Positions 10,022-20,413 of a stretch of 64,000 nt of DNA are shown one piece after another. The stretch lies in contig OY829846.1 in NCBI GenBank assembly GCA_963691875.1, forward strand, positions 4,352,001 to 4,416,000. The letters are read 5' to 3'. The notes beneath the pieces were generated by a model, which was not told the DNA's origin, searched no databases, and was given only the letters and a program-made list of their open reading frames with translations. The translations under genes and the position numbers were made by a program. Within the stretch, counting starts at the first letter, position 1. Each line of letters begins with the position of its first letter. The stretch comes from Aureliella sp. Its GTDB lineage: Bacteria > Planctomycetota > Planctomycetia > Pirellulales > Pirellulaceae.

Positions 10022-13000
10022 ATGAGACTCTTTGCCTTGTTTCTTGCCTTGCTGGCTTTCAAGCCAGACGCCGTAGCGCAGCAAGTAGACTTCAATCGCG
10101 ACGTTCGGCCGATTTTGTCGAATGCGTGCTTTCAATGTCACGGACCGGACGCGAATACGCGGGAGGCGGGCTTGCGACTGGATCAACGTGATGCGGCGAT
10201 TGCAGAACTGGATTCGGGCGAGATCGCGATCGTTCCTGAAAACGCAGAAGCAAGTGAACTGATACGGCGGGTTTTGAGCGAGGATGAGGATCTTCGGATG
10301 CCTCCTGCTGAGCACGGTGATGCGTTCGATTCGGATCAGGTCGAAATCTTGAAGCGATGGATCGAGCAAGGAGCGCCATACACGGAGCACTGGGCTTTTG
10401 TCCCGTCCCAGCGAAGCGATCCTCCGCCGACGAAGAATGAGAAGTGGGTACGCAACGAGATCGATCGATTTGTGCTGGCCAATCTTGAATCCGCAGGCCT
10501 AGCTCCGACAAAAGAAGCCACGAAAGAGATTTTGATCAGGCGTGTTGCTTTTGATCTGACTGGCCTGCCACCAACGATCGCGGAGTTGGATCAGTTCCTG
10601 GCTGACAAGTCACCAGAGGCCTTCGAGCGAATGGTCGATCGCTATCTGATTTCGGATGCGTACGGTGAGCACATGGCTCGACAGTGGCTCGACCTGTCGC
10701 GCTACGCTGACTCCAACGGCTACCAATACGATACCGAGCGCGAGCAGTGGGTATGGCGGGATTGGGTGATCAATGCCTACAACGAGAATATGCCGTTTGA
10801 TCAGTTCACACTGGAACAGATTGCGGGAGACCTACTGCACGATGCGAAACCAGAGCAGGTTCTTGCAACTGGGTTTCACCGCAATCACGGCATCACCATT
10901 GAGGGCGGCATTATCGACGAAGAGTATCGTATCGAGTACGTGATGGATCGCATCAATACAGTGGGCAGTGTATGGATGGGGCTTACGTTAGGCTGTGCTA
11001 GATGCCACGATCACAAGTACGATCCGATCTCCCAAAAAGAATTTTATCAGCTGTTCGCCTTCTTCAATCAAGTTCCTGAACGGGGCATGCGTGGGTTCAC
11101 GCCGAGTCAGAAGATTCGATCCCCGCTCGGAAGTGAGAAAGAAAAACAGCTCGCGGAGCAAATTGCTCGCGCTAAGACACAGATGGATGAACCGGTGGAT
11201 GTGGATGCGGAATACGAAGTGTGGGAACGTGGCCGACGACGTGACTCGTGGCAAGTTCAGACGCCCCATGAACTTCAGTCGACCGGCGGCTCGACGCTGA
11301 CGTCACTTGATGATGGGTCATTCTTAGCAGGCAAGGCGAATCCCAATAAGGATATTTACGACGTAGTTGTCGAGACGAATCAAGCTGAATTGACAGCGGT
11401 CAGACTCGAGTGCTTGACACACGAATCGTTGCCGGGAGGAGGACCGGGACGACATAGCAATTCTAATTTTGTGCTCAGTGAGTTCGAGTTGGTCGCAGAA
11501 TCCATCGTTTCTCCTGAAGAAACGACTATCGTCAAGTTTCGTGAAGCACGATCCGACTACTCGCAGAAAGGCTACGAGATAGGCAAGGCCATCGATGGTA
11601 CCGTCTCTGGTAACAACGGATGGGCAGTCGACGGACCAACGCGAAAGGAGCCAGCGACAGCGATCTTTATTGCTGAGAAACCATTTGGATTCGAAGGCGG
11701 AACGCGTCTCAAGTTCCGACTGCGTCATGAAGCGGGCTTTGCGACACACGGGATCGGTCGCCCGCGTCTGTCCGTGACTACCGTAGATCCGAGAGCCATT
11801 CGATTCGAAGACGTGCCAGCAGAGATCCTTAGGATTGCGAAAGTGCCAAAGAAGTCGCGCAGCGAGGAACAATCTGCCACACTGCGAAAGCACTTCATCG
11901 ATAACTTTGGCCCGAAGAAAGAACTCAAAGCCAAACTCGCAGATCTCAGAATGCAGCTAGCGGGACTCTATCCTGCGACAATGGTCATGCAGGACATGCC
12001 AAAATCTCGCAAGACTCACGTGCTGAATCGCGGCCAGTATGATCAGCCTCTAGAGGAAGTTTTCCCGGCAGTTCCAGCAGTCTTCACAGCGATGAAAGAA
12101 GATGCGCCACGCAATCGATTGGGATTTGCAAAGTGGCTCGTTGATCCTGAACATCCGTTGACGGCTCGAGTGGCAGTGAATCGATACTGGCAGCGAATTT
12201 TTGGAATCGGCTTGGTAAAAACTGTCGAGGATTTTGGGATCCAAGGTGCGTTGCCAAGCCACCCGGAGCTGTTGGATTGGCTGGCGGATGAGTTTGTGGC
12301 GAATGGATGGAACGTGAAGGAAATCCAGAAGCTCATTTTGATGTCCGCGACATACCGGCAATCGTCGCATGCTGGCCAAGTCGCCTATGAGGATGATCCT
12401 GAGAATCACAACTTAGCCCGCGGTCCACGCTTTCGCTTGAGTGCTGAGGAGATCCGCGATAGTGCTTTGGCGGTTAGCGGATCACTAGTCAGGCAGCTTG
12501 GCGGGAAGAGTGTTTATCCTTATCAGCCAGACGGCCTGTGGATGGAGCTTAACAATCGCCCCGGCTATTCCAAAGCTTACCAGGCGGGCAATGGCAATGA
12601 TCTCTATCGGCGGAGCCTGTACACGTTCTGGAAGCGAACAGTACCCTCGCCGATGCTTGTCACGCTCGACGCGCCGACGCGCGAGTTCTGTACGGTTGCT
12701 CGATCGCGAACCAACACGCCGCTTCAATCACTACTGCTCTTGAATGGGCCACAATTCGTCGAGGCAGCGCGGCATCTAGCGTTGCGTTTGATTCGTGAAG
12801 GAGGTGATTCAGCCGAAGATCGAATTGAACTTGGATTTCGATTGGTAACCTCACGAATCCCATCCGTGCAAGAGACGAGGCTTGTCCGTGAAGTCTACGA
12901 ACAACAGCTTGAGAAATTTTCTAAGGATGAAGAGGCCGCTCAAGGGCTGCTGAACATTGGTGAATCAAAAATGGAAGCAGCGCAAGCCGACCTGGCGGAA

Positions 13001-13066
13001 ATAGCCGCGTGGACGAGTGCTTGTCGCTTGCTGCTCAACCTCGATGAAGCGATGACGAAAAACTAG
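10022..13066 (+). CDS. Planctomycete cytochrome c plus DUF1549 (PSD1) plus DUF1553 exported protein
   Basis: Signal peptide, [60 protein letters not shown]. Confidence 0.93.
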   Translation: MRLFALFLALLAFKPDAVAQQVDFNRDVRPILSNACFQCHGPDANTREAGLRLDQRDAAIAELDSGEIAIVPENAEASELIRRVLSEDEDLRMPPAEHGDAFDSDQVEILKRWIEQGAPYTEHWAFVPSQRSDPPPTKNEKWVRNEIDRFVLANLESAGLAPTKEATKEILIRRVAFDLTGLPPTIAELDQFLADKSPEAFERMVDRYLISDAYGEHMARQWLDLSRYADSNGYQYDTEREQWVWRDWVINAYNENMPFDQFTLEQIAGDLLHDAKPEQVLATGFHRNHGITIEGGIIDEEYRIEYVMDRINTVGSVWMGLTLGCARCHDHKYDPISQKEFYQLFAFFNQVPERGMRGFTPSQKIRSPLGSEKEKQLAEQIARAKTQMDEPVDVDAEYEVWERGRRRDSWQVQTPHELQSTGGSTLTSLDDGSFLAGKANPNKDIYDVVVETNQAELTAVRLECLTHESLPGGGPGRHSNSNFVLSEFELVAESIVSPEETTIVKFREARSDYSQKGYEIGKAIDGTVSGNNGWAVDGPTRKEPATAIFIAEKPFGFEGGTRLKFRLRHEAGFATHGIGRPRLSVTTVDPRAIRFEDVPAEILRIAKVPKKSRSEEQSATLRKHFIDNFGPKKELKAKLADLRMQLAGLYPATMVMQDMPKSRKTHVLNRGQYDQPLEEVFPAVPAVFTAMKEDAPRNRLGFAKWLVDPEHPLTARVAVNRYWQRIFGIGLVKTVEDFGIQGALPSHPELLDWLADEFVANGWNVKEIQKLILMSATYRQSSHAGQVAYEDDPENHNLARGPRFRLSAEEIRDSALAVSGSLVRQLGGKSVYPYQPDGLWMELNNRPGYSKAYQAGNGNDLYRRSLYTFWKRTVPSPMLVTLDAPTREFCTVARSRTNTPLQSLLLLNGPQFVEAARHLALRLIREGGDSAEDRIELGFRLVTSRIPSVQETRLVREVYEQQLEKFSKDEEAAQGLLNIGESKMEAAQADLAEIAAWTSACRLLLNLDEAMTKN

Positions 13067-13068
13067 CG

Positions 13069-14520
13069 ATGACCGATCCAATTTTAGACAGCAAACTGAG
13101 TGAGAATCGCCGGCAGTTCTTTAGTAGAACGAGCACAGGCATCGGAGTTGCCGCACTAGCGTCGCTGCTAAATCGCGAATCTACCGCAGCTACGCATCCA
13201 GCTGGACAAACCGGCTTGCCAGGACTTCCGCATTTTGCACCAAAAGTAAAACGAGTTATCTACTTGCTTCAGTCTGGTGCGCCTTCGCAAGTCGATTTGC
13301 TGGACTACAAGCCGAGCCTAGAGGAGCTTCACGGGCAAGAGTTGCCTGACAGCGTGCGCGGTGGACAGCGGTTAACCGGAATGACTGCGGGGCAAAAGAA
13401 CTTTCCGATAGTCAAGTCGCCTTACAAGTTTGCTCAGCATGGCGAGTCCGGACAATGGATGAGCGAGTTGATGCCGCACTTGGCGAAAGTGGCGGACGAC
13501 ATCTGTGTCGTTAAGTCTCTGTATACAGAGGCGATCAATCACGACCCAGCGGTGACTTTCTTTCAGTCCGGGCATCAGCAGCCTGGTCGTCCCAGTATTG
13601 GTGCTTGGCTCAGCTACGGACTGGGAAGCGAGACAGAGAACCTTCCTTCGTTTGTGGTGCTGCTTTCAAAGAATACTTTCCATCAAGCTCAACCGCTTTA
13701 CGATCGCTTATGGGGCAGCGGTTTTTTGCCCTCGAAGTACCAAGGGGTGAAGTTCCGGAGTCAGGGTGATCCGGTACTCTACTTGAGTGATCCCTCAGGA
13801 GGTGATCAGACGGATCGAAGGCTGTTGTTGGACAAGCTTGCCAAGCTAAACGAGTTACGGTACCGGAAAGTCGGTGATCCTGAGATTAATTCGCGAATCG
13901 CCCAGTACGAGATGGCTTATCAGATGCAAACTTCTGTTCCAGAGCTGGCGGACACTAGCGACGAACCCGAAAGCACCTTTAAGCTCTATGGTGAAGACGC
14001 AAAAGAACCGGGTACCCACGCGGCAAACTGTTTGATGGCCAGACGCTTGGCCGAACGCGGTGTGCGATTCATTCAGCTATTCCACCGTGGCTGGGATCAC
14101 CACAGTAACGTACAGAAGTACTTACCAACGGTCGCTAAGGAAACCGATCAAGGCTCGGCGGCATTAATCTCGGATCTCAAGCAGCGAAACATGCTCGACG
14201 ACACGCTTGTCATTTGGGGCGGCGAATTCGGGCGCACTGTTTTCTCACAAGGCAAGCCAGCGACCTTCGGTCGGGATCATCATCCACGCTGCTTTTCGAT
14301 TTGGATGGCGGGCGGCGGCATCAAGCCGGGGTTCAGTTTTGGCCAGACCGATGACTTTTGCTACAACATCGCCGAGAATCCGGTGCATGTCCACGACTTT
14401 CACGCGACGATTCTGCATTGTCTTGGAATCAACCATGAAAAGTTGACTTATCGCTTCCAGGGTCGAGACTATCGCTTGACCGACGTGCACGGGAATGTCG
14501 TGAAGGAGATTCTCGCATAA
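13069..14520 (+). CDS. DUF1501 family protein (sulfatase-like fold), Tat-type signal
   Basis: NRRQFF signal, [39 protein letters not shown]; directly follows the DUF1553 gene. Confidence 0.92.
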   Translation: MTDPILDSKLSENRRQFFSRTSTGIGVAALASLLNRESTAATHPAGQTGLPGLPHFAPKVKRVIYLLQSGAPSQVDLLDYKPSLEELHGQELPDSVRGGQRLTGMTAGQKNFPIVKSPYKFAQHGESGQWMSELMPHLAKVADDICVVKSLYTEAINHDPAVTFFQSGHQQPGRPSIGAWLSYGLGSETENLPSFVVLLSKNTFHQAQPLYDRLWGSGFLPSKYQGVKFRSQGDPVLYLSDPSGGDQTDRRLLLDKLAKLNELRYRKVGDPEINSRIAQYEMAYQMQTSVPELADTSDEPESTFKLYGEDAKEPGTHAANCLMARRLAERGVRFIQLFHRGWDHHSNVQKYLPTVAKETDQGSAALISDLKQRNMLDDTLVIWGGEFGRTVFSQGKPATFGRDHHPRCFSIWMAGGGIKPGFSFGQTDDFCYNIAENPVHVHDFHATILHCLGINHEKLTYRFQGRDYRLTDVHGNVVKEILA

Positions 14521-14705
14521 AAGATGCTACAAGGTCTGACTCAGAGAATATTGTAGAGAACAGCGTTCCCACATTGGTGCCGTGGAAAACGTATCTTTTG
14601 ATTCTGGCGACCGCTGTTGCTACCTTGTTATCCGTCGTTTTCGCAACCATTGAGCGAGAAGACCTTTTGCGATTCTAAAGCCTGGGGTCCGGCGTGCGAA
14701 ATAGT

Positions 14706-15617
14706 TCAATGGGAAGGGTTGCGTTCGCCCAAGAGACGTTCGCCGCACATGTCGCAGAATGCGGCATCGGATGAGTGGCCTTCGCTCAGGCAGTGCGGGC
14801 AAGCACGAGCGTTTAGATCGCGATTTCGTCCGTCGGCAATCTCGGCGATTACAAAGCTGCTTGGCACAATGATCAGGCTGTAGCCAAGTAAGATAACCAC
14901 CGATGAAAGAAATTGCCCCAGCGCGGTGACCGGCTTGATGTCGCCATAGCCTACCGTGGTGATGGTGACGATCGCCCAGTACATGCCTGCTGGAATCGAG
15001 GAAAACTCTTTGTTGACACCGTGCTCAATCTGGTACATCAATGTCCCGCTGATCGTGACAGCGACCAGTACGGTTGCGATAAACACGAGGATCTTATCTC
15101 GGGCGCGCCAGACGGCTTCGCGCAAAGTATGAGCTTCCTTGAGCATCCGCATCATTTTCAGAACGCGGAAAACACGAAGCAGACGAACTGCTCGGAAGAT
15201 CATCAAGGATTGGGGTTGCAGGCTAAATAGCGTGAGGTACATCGGCAAGCACGCAATCAGATCGATGATGCCAAAAAAACTAAACGCGTACCGCAGAGGT
15301 TTCTCCACGCAAATCAAGCGGGCCACGTACTCCGCGGTAAATAGAATTGTCAGTACCCATTCGACGCGAGTCAGCGCGAGACGCCAGCTATCATTTTTCT
15401 CGAAGTACTCGACTGTCTCGAGGCTGATCGTGGTGATGCTCAGCAAGATGGCAACAAGCAGGATGATGTCGAAAATCTGGCCCGAGCGGGTGTCTGCTTC
15501 AAAGATGACGTGGTACAGGCTGTCACGCCAAGACGCTCGAGTAGACCGCTTCGAAGCCTCCTGTTTCTTCCTCTGTTTGGGACGCTTTGCTGGCATTGTA
15601 GTGTTGATGATGTGCAT
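14706..15617 (-). CDS. Potassium channel (ion transport family, 6TM) with C-terminal Zn ribbon
   Basis: S4-like RAVRLLRVFRVLK, selectivity filter TTVGYGD, CPHC..CDMCG; start could be 15596. Confidence 0.92.
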   Translation of the reverse strand: MHIINTTMPAKRPKQRKKQEASKRSTRASWRDSLYHVIFEADTRSGQIFDIILLVAILLSITTISLETVEYFEKNDSWRLALTRVEWVLTILFTAEYVARLICVEKPLRYAFSFFGIIDLIACLPMYLTLFSLQPQSLMIFRAVRLLRVFRVLKMMRMLKEAHTLREAVWRARDKILVFIATVLVAVTISGTLMYQIEHGVNKEFSSIPAGMYWAIVTITTVGYGDIKPVTALGQFLSSVVILLGYSLIIVPSSFVIAEIADGRNRDLNARACPHCLSEGHSSDAAFCDMCGERLLGERNPSH

Positions 15618-15772
15618 CGGCCGATCTTATATAGATCCGCCGCGGACGCCGCATGAACCATTTTACAGATGGCTGTAGGGCAAGGGACGAAGTGGGGGTT
15701 TGCGTGTATCATAGCAGCCTTCTGTCGTCGGGACTGCTCCGACTCCATACGACTCTTTCCGAGGAAACCAAA

Positions 15773-16546
15773 ATGAGACGCTCGTTGACTTGGCTGGCAT
15801 GCAGCTTGCTTGCACTCATATGTACGCCAGCACTTGCTCAGCAGAAGCAAACGATCGAAGTTCGCACTTACACCTTGGTCGATCAAGCTGCAGAAGCGAA
15901 GCTCGATCAGTACCTGGAGAAGGCATTGATTCCGGCATTGACTCGTCAAGGTTTGGGGCCAATTGGAGCGCTCGATCAAGCCGCACCAGCAGAAGATGGT
16001 TCGGTCCAAGTGCTTTTGCTCATTGCTGGCCCGAACGTTGAGGCGGTGACTTCGGCAAACAAGAAACTTACCAAGGATGAGGACTATCTCGCCGCCGCGA
16101 AGGATTATCTCGCAACGCCAGCCAAGCAGCCGGTGGTCAAGCGAATCCAAAGCGAGTTACTGGAAGCATTTGATTGCTGGCCCAAATTGAAAGTACCTGA
16201 GCAGCAGAAGTCAGGCAGCGATCGTCTTTTCGAGCTTCGCATCTACGAGAGCCCTACGGAGAACTTCGGAAATCTCAAAGTCGAGATGTTCAATGCTGGT
16301 GAGGTGCCGATCTTTCTCGACTGCGGAATTACTCCTGTGTTTTTTGGACAAGCTCTCATCGGCGATAAGACTCCAAATCTGACTTATATGACCGTGTACG
16401 ACAACGATGCAGCTCGCAAGGAAGGTTGGAGCAAATTTCGCGTGCATCCGGATTGGCAAGTCTTGAAAGCTGTCGAAAAATACAAAGGCACTGTCAGCAA
16501 GATCCACAAAAGCGACTGGTTACCAAAGTCGTACTCGGAGCTTTAG
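15773..16546 (+). CDS. Exported NIPSNAP-family protein
   Basis: Signal peptide ending ALA-QQ; EVRTY and FELRIYES repeats; PNLTYM; W.KFR.HPDW. Confidence 0.8.
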   Translation: MRRSLTWLACSLLALICTPALAQQKQTIEVRTYTLVDQAAEAKLDQYLEKALIPALTRQGLGPIGALDQAAPAEDGSVQVLLLIAGPNVEAVTSANKKLTKDEDYLAAAKDYLATPAKQPVVKRIQSELLEAFDCWPKLKVPEQQKSGSDRLFELRIYESPTENFGNLKVEMFNAGEVPIFLDCGITPVFFGQALIGDKTPNLTYMTVYDNDAARKEGWSKFRVHPDWQVLKAVEKYKGTVSKIHKSDWLPKSYSEL

Positions 16547-16584
16547 GCTTGGCTCGAGGGACTGCCTGAGGAACTTTTGGCGAA

Positions 16585-16607
16585 GGAATTCTGGCGAATC
16601 CCACTAC
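16585..16607 (-). repeat. GTAG-type REP-like palindromic repeat
   Basis: Minus strand GTAGTGGGATTCGCCAGAATTCC; similar copies at 31859 and 61154. Confidence 0.65.
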
Positions 16608-16687
16608 AGAAATCGTGGGCGCGACGCGCTGGCGATAACGATATTCATTGACTTGGCCGGACAACTTACTCAAAGAACGGAAAACAA

Positions 16688-18706
16688 ATGAAGAGACTAC
16701 TGTCTCTAGTCGCCGTGTTGGCGATCAGCCCCATCACTTTGGCTCAAGATGCCAAATTGGTTAGTGGTGTTGAGCTGGAGTACGTCAGCAAAGAACTCGC
16801 GCCGCAGGATGACTTTTACTCTTACGTCAACGAAGGTTGGCTAAAGAACACCGAGATTCCTTCGGATCAGTCGAACTGGGGTTCATTCTCGGTGATCGAC
16901 GACGAAGTGAAATCCAATATTCGAGCAATCATCGAAACCGCAGCTGCCTCCGAAGCAGAGAAAGGCTCTAACGCCCAGAAAGTCGGCGATTTCTTCAAGA
17001 GCCTAACCAACGTTGAGCTCCGCAACAAACTCGGCACGAAGCCTGTCGAGCCGATGTTGACTGATATCGCGGCGGTAAAAGACTCCAAAAGCATGGCCAA
17101 GATGGCGGCCAAGATGGCTCGCACTGGAATCTTTGGCCTCTTCGCCGGTTACATCCAGCCAGACTTGCGCAAGAGTACTCAATACGCGGTCTACTTCACG
17201 CACACTGGCATCACGCTTCCCGATCGAGATTACTACCTGGAAGACACTGCCGTTTACAAGAAGGCGCGGAAGGATCTTCAAGAATATATCATTGATATGA
17301 TGAAGGCCTTTGGCCAAGAAGATCCAGAAGGCGCAGCAGAGCGGATTGTTACCCTGGAAACTGAACTAGCAAAGATCTTCTGGGAACGCGAGAAGCTTCG
17401 TAATCCGGTCGCGACCTACAATGCTTCCAGCGAAGAGAGCTTTGTGGCGACCATGAGAAATTTTTCCATGGACGTGTTCCTGGAGGAAACCGGTCTGGCT
17501 GGCCAAGAGAAGTACATCGTTCGGCAGCCAGATTACTTTGCCAAACTCAATGAGTTGCTTGAATCGACTCCCATCTCGACTTGGAAGGAATATTACACCT
17601 TCCGCGTCGTCGATGCTTTCTCAGTCGACTTGACCGAAGAGTTGGAGAAGCGCCACTTCGCGTTCCATCAAACCGCTTTGACTGGCGTGGAAGAGCAAAA
17701 GCCGCTCTGGCGACGTGGTGTCGAGGGTTGCAATGCAGTTCTTGGAGAAGTGCTCGGCGAACTGTACGTCAAGAAGCATTTCCCGCCTGAAGCCAAGCGT
17801 CGGATGAACGAGTTGGTCGAGAACCTGAAGAGGGCATTTGCCAAACGAATCGTCGACCTGGAATGGATGACGCCAGCGACCAAGAAAGCGGCTCATGAAA
17901 AGCTATCGAAGTTCACCACCAAGATCGGCTATCCCGATGAGTGGAAAGACTACTCGAAGTTGGTGATCAAGGCGGACGACCTGGTTGGTAACTATATTCG
18001 TGCCAATCAGGTCGAATTCGACCGTCAGATCGAGAAGCTCGGTGGTCCGATCGATCGCAATGAGTGGTTTATGACTCCGCAGACGATCAATGCCTACTAC
18101 AATCCGACCATGAACGAGATTGTTTTCCCAGCAGCGATCCTTCAGCCTCCGTTCTTCAACTTGGAAGCCGATGACGCGGTCAACTATGGTGCGATTGGTG
18201 GTGTGATCGGGCACGAATTGAGCCACGGTTTTGATGATAGTGGAAGCCAATTTGATGGTGATGGCAATCTTCGCAACTGGTGGGGAGAGAATGATCGCCA
18301 AGAGTTTGAAAAACGAGCGGACCAGCTTGTAGCTCAATACGATGCGTTTGAACCATTCCCAGGATTGCACGTCAAAGGTCGTTTCACCTTGGGCGAAAAT
18401 ATCGGCGACTTGGGCGGGATGGCTGTTGCCTACGAAGCCTATCAGCTGTCACTGAATGGCAAAGAAGCGCTGAAGATGGATGGCTTGAGCGGAAATCAGC
18501 GATTCTTCCACGGCTGGGCTCAAGTATGGCGTCGTTTGTATCGTGATGCGGAGCTTCGTCGTCGCTTGGACGTCGACCCACACTCGCCTAGCAAGTATCG
18601 TTGCAATGGCATTTTGTCCAACATGGACGCCTTCTACGATACCTTTGAGATCAAACCTGGGTCCGGTATGTACATTGCTCCAGAAGATCGAGTTCGAATC
18701 TGGTAA
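16688..18706 (+). CDS. M13 family (neprilysin/PepO-like) zinc metallopeptidase, secreted
   Basis: PQDDFY..VN, NAYYNP, HELSH, ENIGDLGG, DPHSP; signal peptide. Confidence 0.95.
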   Translation: MKRLLSLVAVLAISPITLAQDAKLVSGVELEYVSKELAPQDDFYSYVNEGWLKNTEIPSDQSNWGSFSVIDDEVKSNIRAIIETAAASEAEKGSNAQKVGDFFKSLTNVELRNKLGTKPVEPMLTDIAAVKDSKSMAKMAAKMARTGIFGLFAGYIQPDLRKSTQYAVYFTHTGITLPDRDYYLEDTAVYKKARKDLQEYIIDMMKAFGQEDPEGAAERIVTLETELAKIFWEREKLRNPVATYNASSEESFVATMRNFSMDVFLEETGLAGQEKYIVRQPDYFAKLNELLESTPISTWKEYYTFRVVDAFSVDLTEELEKRHFAFHQTALTGVEEQKPLWRRGVEGCNAVLGEVLGELYVKKHFPPEAKRRMNELVENLKRAFAKRIVDLEWMTPATKKAAHEKLSKFTTKIGYPDEWKDYSKLVIKADDLVGNYIRANQVEFDRQIEKLGGPIDRNEWFMTPQTINAYYNPTMNEIVFPAAILQPPFFNLEADDAVNYGAIGGVIGHELSHGFDDSGSQFDGDGNLRNWWGENDRQEFEKRADQLVAQYDAFEPFPGLHVKGRFTLGENIGDLGGMAVAYEAYQLSLNGKEALKMDGLSGNQRFFHGWAQVWRRLYRDAELRRRLDVDPHSPSKYRCNGILSNMDAFYDTFEIKPGSGMYIAPEDRVRIW

Positions 18707-18734
18707 TCGATCGACTCCCAGACGCATTTTCATC

Positions 18735-18778
18735 AAAGACCCTGCCAGGCATTTGCTTGGCAGGGTCTTTCTCATTTT
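18735..18778 (+). terminator. Intrinsic terminator after the M13 peptidase gene
   Basis: AAAGACCCTGCCAGGCA-TT-TGCTTGGCAGGGTCTTT long stem followed by T-rich sequence. Confidence 0.75.
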
Positions 18779-18992
18779 CGCCTGTGTATCCCTAAAAAAG
18801 GGGCCGCGAGGGGTGAGCACAGCACGAGTAACGCATTGCTAAGCACGGAGTATTGCTTCACTGAGGTGTCGTCGTCTCGCGCAGCGTGATCAGAGTAGGA
18901 TGTTCTCACAAGGTTTGACGTTTCAAGGGCGAGGGTCTAGCATCTGACGGCAGCAGTGGTTTTTCGTTGGATCCCTTGGAAAGTTAGAAACC

Positions 18993-20372
18993 TTGACCGC
19001 ATCTCCTTCTCGCAGTGGTGTCTTTCAAGCAGCCTCGGATGAGCGTCTCGAAGCCTTTGGTGAAAGCATCAGTTTCGATCATCGCCTCTTTCGCCAGGAC
19101 GTACGAGGCTCGATCGCCCATGCGCGAATGCTTTGCCAGCAGGGTATGCTCAGCGAGGAAGAATTCCAGGCTATCGAAGCGGGACTGAGAGAGATCGAGC
19201 AAGAAATCGCCGACGGCAAGATGGCCTTCCGCAATGAGCTCGAAGACATCCACATGCACATCGAAAACGCTCTCATCGAGCGACTGGGCGATGTGGGGCG
19301 GAAACTGCATACGGCTCGGAGCCGAAATGATCAAGTAAACACAGACTTTCGTCTGTGGGTGCGCGAAGCTCTTGATCGGGTAGATTCACTCCTGGAAAAT
19401 CTGCAGCTGGCCTTCTTAAGTCGTTGCGAGCGTGACATGGATGTCATCCTCCCTGCCTATACCCATCTGCAGCGAGCTCAACCGGTGCTCGCGCCACACT
19501 ATTGGTTAGCGTACGTGGAAAAGTTTCAGCGAGATCGCGAACGCGTCGCTGACTGTCGTAAGCGAGTCAACGTGTGCGGCCTAGGCTCGGCAGCCTGCGC
19601 GGGGACAACTTTGCCGATCGATCGCGAGATGACAGCCAAAGAGTTGGAGTTTGAAGTAGTCAGTGCGAATAGCATTGATGTGAGCAGCGATCGCGATTTT
19701 GTGATCGAGTCCGCCTTCGTGCTTTCGTTGATCGCAGGACATTTGAGCGGATGGGCTGAGGAGTGGATTTTGTGGTCCACCGTGGAGTTCAACTTCATCG
19801 AGCTACCACATCAGTTCTGTACTGGTTCGTCGATCATGCCGCAGAAGGTCAACCCAGACACCCTGGAGCTGACGCGAGGAAAATCAGCACGAGTCATTGG
19901 TAACTTGCAGACACTGATGGTGCTCGTGAAAGGTCTGCCTCTCGCCTACAACCGCGATTTGCAAGAAGACAAACCGCCGTTGTTTGATTCCTTTGATACC
20001 ATCGAAGCATGCTTGGAGCTGGCGATCCCCATCGTCGCTGAGTCCGAACTGCAACGAGAATCAATCGCTAGCCGGTTGGACGAGGGCTACTTGGATGCGA
20101 CGACTTTGATGGAGTATTTGATACAGACTGGGATTCCCCAAAGAACGGCTCACCACTTGGTCGGAAAACTGGTTGGCATGGCTCAGCAGAGGCGAGTGCG
20201 TTTGGCGGATTTGACAGAGGAGCAGCTTAAAGACGCGCATCAAGACCTCAATTTGAGCGTTCGCGAAGTCCTGGGGATGGAAAAAGCCGTATCTGCCTAC
20301 CAAAGTTATGGATCAAGCAATCCAGAAGAAGTGCGATCTCAGGTAAATCAGTGGAATAAGCAATTACAATAA
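18993..20372 (+). CDS. argH: Argininosuccinate lyase
   Basis: LHTARSRNDQV, YTHLQRAQP, GSSIMPQKVNPD, YNRDLQEDK. Confidence 0.97.
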   Translation: MTASPSRSGVFQAASDERLEAFGESISFDHRLFRQDVRGSIAHARMLCQQGMLSEEEFQAIEAGLREIEQEIADGKMAFRNELEDIHMHIENALIERLGDVGRKLHTARSRNDQVNTDFRLWVREALDRVDSLLENLQLAFLSRCERDMDVILPAYTHLQRAQPVLAPHYWLAYVEKFQRDRERVADCRKRVNVCGLGSAACAGTTLPIDREMTAKELEFEVVSANSIDVSSDRDFVIESAFVLSLIAGHLSGWAEEWILWSTVEFNFIELPHQFCTGSSIMPQKVNPDTLELTRGKSARVIGNLQTLMVLVKGLPLAYNRDLQEDKPPLFDSFDTIEACLELAIPIVAESELQRESIASRLDEGYLDATTLMEYLIQTGIPQRTAHHLVGKLVGMAQQRRVRLADLTEEQLKDAHQDLNLSVREVLGMEKAVSAYQSYGSSNPEEVRSQVNQWNKQLQ

Positions 20373-20413
20373 GCTAGGCTACCTGCGCAAAATCTCTTCT
20401 TTGTGATTCACCT

